DNA of 64,000 bases, taken from the NCBI RefSeq assembly GCF_009914755.1, contig NC_060930.1, one strand, 5' to 3'. The translations under genes were made by a program, and so were the position numbers. The DNA comes from the human T2T-CHM13v2.0 reference genome, Homo sapiens. Shown piece by piece: positions 61,300 to 64,000 of the stretch (positions are counted from its first letter, which is position 1; the number at the start of each line of letters is the position of its first letter). A model generated the notes under the pieces. That model did no database searches, was not told the origin of the DNA, and saw only the letters and a list, made by a program, of their open reading frames with translations.

Positions 61300-62600
61300 G
61301 AAATTCGGGGACCCGGAAACTTTTAGCGCTTGCCCTGAACAGCGGCCCGGAATCTCCCGCCCACCCGTCCCTGCCCGGATGCCTGCGCGGCGGCGGCGTC
61401 CTTCCCTCCTCGGCTGCGCTTTTACTCTTGGTCAGGGCCCGCTTGAGAGAGGGGGATTTTAGAGAGAGGGTGTGAAGGACGCAGGACCGCTTTCAGGCCG
61501 CCAGCTCTCAGGCCTCGCTTTCCGGTCCTCACTGCGCGTCCACACCTCGCCTTGGTTTCTTTTGTTTTATTCAAGCCCCGGCCCCGCGGTACAGCGGGGA
61601 GACTCGCCCGCGCCCACGGAAGAAGCCGAGCTCCTCCGAAGGGAGAACCAGTGATTCCACGGACCCCGGAATCCCCCGGGAGTGGGACCACCAGGCTGCG
61701 GGCGGAATTAACCCTGCCGCGGAGGCGCTGGGCGAGGATGAGGGCGGCGAGCGCGGAGGGGACCGAGTCACACAGCAGCCCGGCGGCCTCTGCCGGCAGG
61801 CCCCGCTCGCTCCTTTCGGCCCGACCCGGGCGGGGGTTCCGGTGCCGCCCTCCCTACCCCGCACGTAGGCTCGTGGGGGCGGGGACAGGGGGACGAAAAC
61901 AACCGCGTCCTCAGCCTGACTGAACAGGCTCGGACCCCTCCGACGGCGCCGCGCCGCGCACAGATGAGCCTTTGTGGGACCCCGCGGAAGGAGGCGCCGG
62001 CCGCAGCCACATTCCTTTCCGGGCAAGCGCGGCCGCCGCCTGCAGGCACCGTCCGCCCCGCGCGCCCGCAGGCTCCTCCTGGAGGCGGGAGGCGGCGGCC
62101 GCTCGCACAGCGTGTTTTCTAAAGTTTCTGCTGACACAGCTTCGCGTACACATGAGCCGGCGCGGCCAGACTCACGCAGGCACCGAGTGTTTCCCCTGCG
62201 CCGTCTCGCGCCGCCGCCCCGCTACCTCGCCGCGCGCCCCTAACCTCTGCGTCCCGCGTGGCGCGCCCAGCGCTTAAGGTTTTATTTTTCCCCTACTTCC
62301 TTTGGTGCATCTCTTTCCCCCTCTCAAAACCACCACCCAAACTTAAAGGCTGGATGAGTTGGAACCCGTTCGCGTAATTAAAACGAGTGGCTGACGGTGG
62401 AAAAGCCAGGAACTACAGACGAAGGACGCCAGCAGGGCCGCGGAGCCCAGGCCGCCAAGAATAGGGCGGGGAGGCGGGGCGGGGCCGCGGAAGGGGGCGA
62501 GGTGGAGGGGCGGGGCCGGCGGGAGGTGGGCGGGGCGAGGCTGGCAGGCCGCCGCCATTGGCTGTTACCCGACGCACCGAGGCTGGGCGGCTTAGCCAGG
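61300..62600. promoter_or_regulatory. CpG island, probable promoter (gene and direction not identified)
   Basis: About 1.3 kb of very high GC and CpG density, free of repeats; clustered GGGCGG boxes at 62463-62540; ATTGG (reverse CCAAT) at 62557-62561 within GCCGCCATT (YY1-like); CCGGAA ETS-like motifs near 61314 and 61347. Confidence 0.9.
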
Positions 62601-63175
62601 CACTTGGATTCTATTTGTGTAATAGCTGCTTCTTGGAGCCAAGTGCATGCTCATCAACCTTCCTTGCTGGGAAAACCAACTCACAGCATTTTTTAAAAGC
62701 CGAGAAACGCCTAGGCTTGTAAAGTTTCATCTCCTGCCTGTGCTTTCCTGTTCTTAATTAAATGCTGAAGAGTCTTGTCGGGATATTACTTTTCATCCTG
62801 TCTCTGCCATGGAGATTTTGGGATCACTGGGTGGTCTCTTGGTCACTTGCAGGTGTTTTAGGTAGGATGTTGCAATCTGCAATCTAGGAACATTTGACGA
62901 CTTTTTCAAGTAAGCTAAACAACACATGAAACTATAGTAGATTAACCAAGACATGCATTTAATCCAACTAGTAGCAATCAGCGACGGCCACTTTGGTTTT
63001 ACACTTTTTGTTCACTCTGTGAACTATATAATTTGACCATAAATTCTAATTTGTTCTCTTGTTGATAATTCTTATGCAGATAACTTATAACTTGTTATGT
63101 GTGTATTTTTATCAGACTCAAAGCAACTTAATTTTGGAATTCTGCAAATTTAATTGATGATCCATTATAACAACG

Positions 63176-63192
63176 TAGGGTTAGGGTTAGGG
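63176..63192 (+). repeat. Very short interstitial telomere-like repeat TAGGG(TTAGGG)2
   Basis: CG-TAGGG-TTAGGG-TTAGGG-TCAG. Confidence 0.8.
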
Positions 63193-64000
63193 TCAGTTTT
63201 CGGTGTTGATGTAGAGACAGAATCCAAAAGTATTTTGAAATGTTTAAGAGAAATGGCCTTGAAGAGTTCTGAATATTAACATTCTTCTGTTTGTTTTTAT
63301 GCCTTGTAGTGTTTACCGCACGTGTGAATATGCATAGAAATTTTCATGTAGCAATTTCTGTGTTTGTGATCTGTATACAGATTTTATAAAAATAATAGCA
63401 GGGACATTTCTGACCTTGATCATTGTTGTTAACTGATGACATTTGCCAGTTACAGTTTAAATTAAGTTGAATTTATTATTTAGGTGTTTCATAAGAAGGA
63501 GTGAGTTGCATACTAGGATATACTCTTGTATTCCATATCCTCTCCTCACTCCGGCGCTTCCTAACAGGAAGAGCAAATGCATTGTGAGGATAAACACTGA
63601 TTGGTTACTATCTGTAGAGCAGGATTAGCAGCTCTTTTTAGATTTTGAGCTGCAATCTCTTTTAATAGTGCTTAAATTGATGCAGGTCAGTGAATTTTGT
63701 GTTTACAGGCTTTTAACTCCCTAGCTTTGTGAATACTGAATTTATGGAAAAGCTTAATTTTCTCTGTATCTCAGAACGGATATGTACAATTAAAAAAGAA
63801 AACAATACAAATTATTTTACATAAACTGGAGCAATTTGGAAACAGTGTAATAAGGGTTGAGTAAAAGATTTCTCCCCATCGTCGTGGCATATTCTACTGT
63901 TACACTTACCTGCCATTGCTCATAATGGGTCTGACGTTGTAGGTACATCTAAGTGTGGTTTGCAGTCACTATTTTATGTTATTTGGAAAGTCTTGGATTT

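Noticed and set aside
61422-62696. Overlapping 80-188 aa Arg/Pro/Ala/Gly-rich ORFs on both strands
   Set aside because: Expected from stop-codon scarcity in a CpG island; many start at non-ATG codons; no recognisable domain

Overview
This window is human-like (primate) genomic DNA, non-coding and repeat-rich; I could not name the locus or host gene. I find no credible protein-coding exon: ORF-track entries are Alu-derived, L1-derived, GC-rich open frames or chance. It holds about 30 Alu copies or fragments (roughly 23 minus-strand, 8 plus-strand), old L1M, L2 and MIR fragments, a MaLR LTR, several DNA-transposon fossils, and a promoter-like CpG island at about 61.3-62.6 kb. The most notable structure is a three-level nest at 15.9-18.1 kb. 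A full-length RPS15A processed pseudogene sits inside an old antisense L1 and is itself split by two solo endogenous-retrovirus LTRs (HERV-H LTR7-type and ERV9/LTR12-type). These LTRs lie back-to-back, 132 bp apart, facing outward. Other oddities are a 90-bp locally templated duplication inside an L2, two Alus sharing one triplicated target site, and nested or inverted Alus. I do not see evidence for a new multi-gene biological system. Repeat family names come from recalled consensus sequences, not from a database search.
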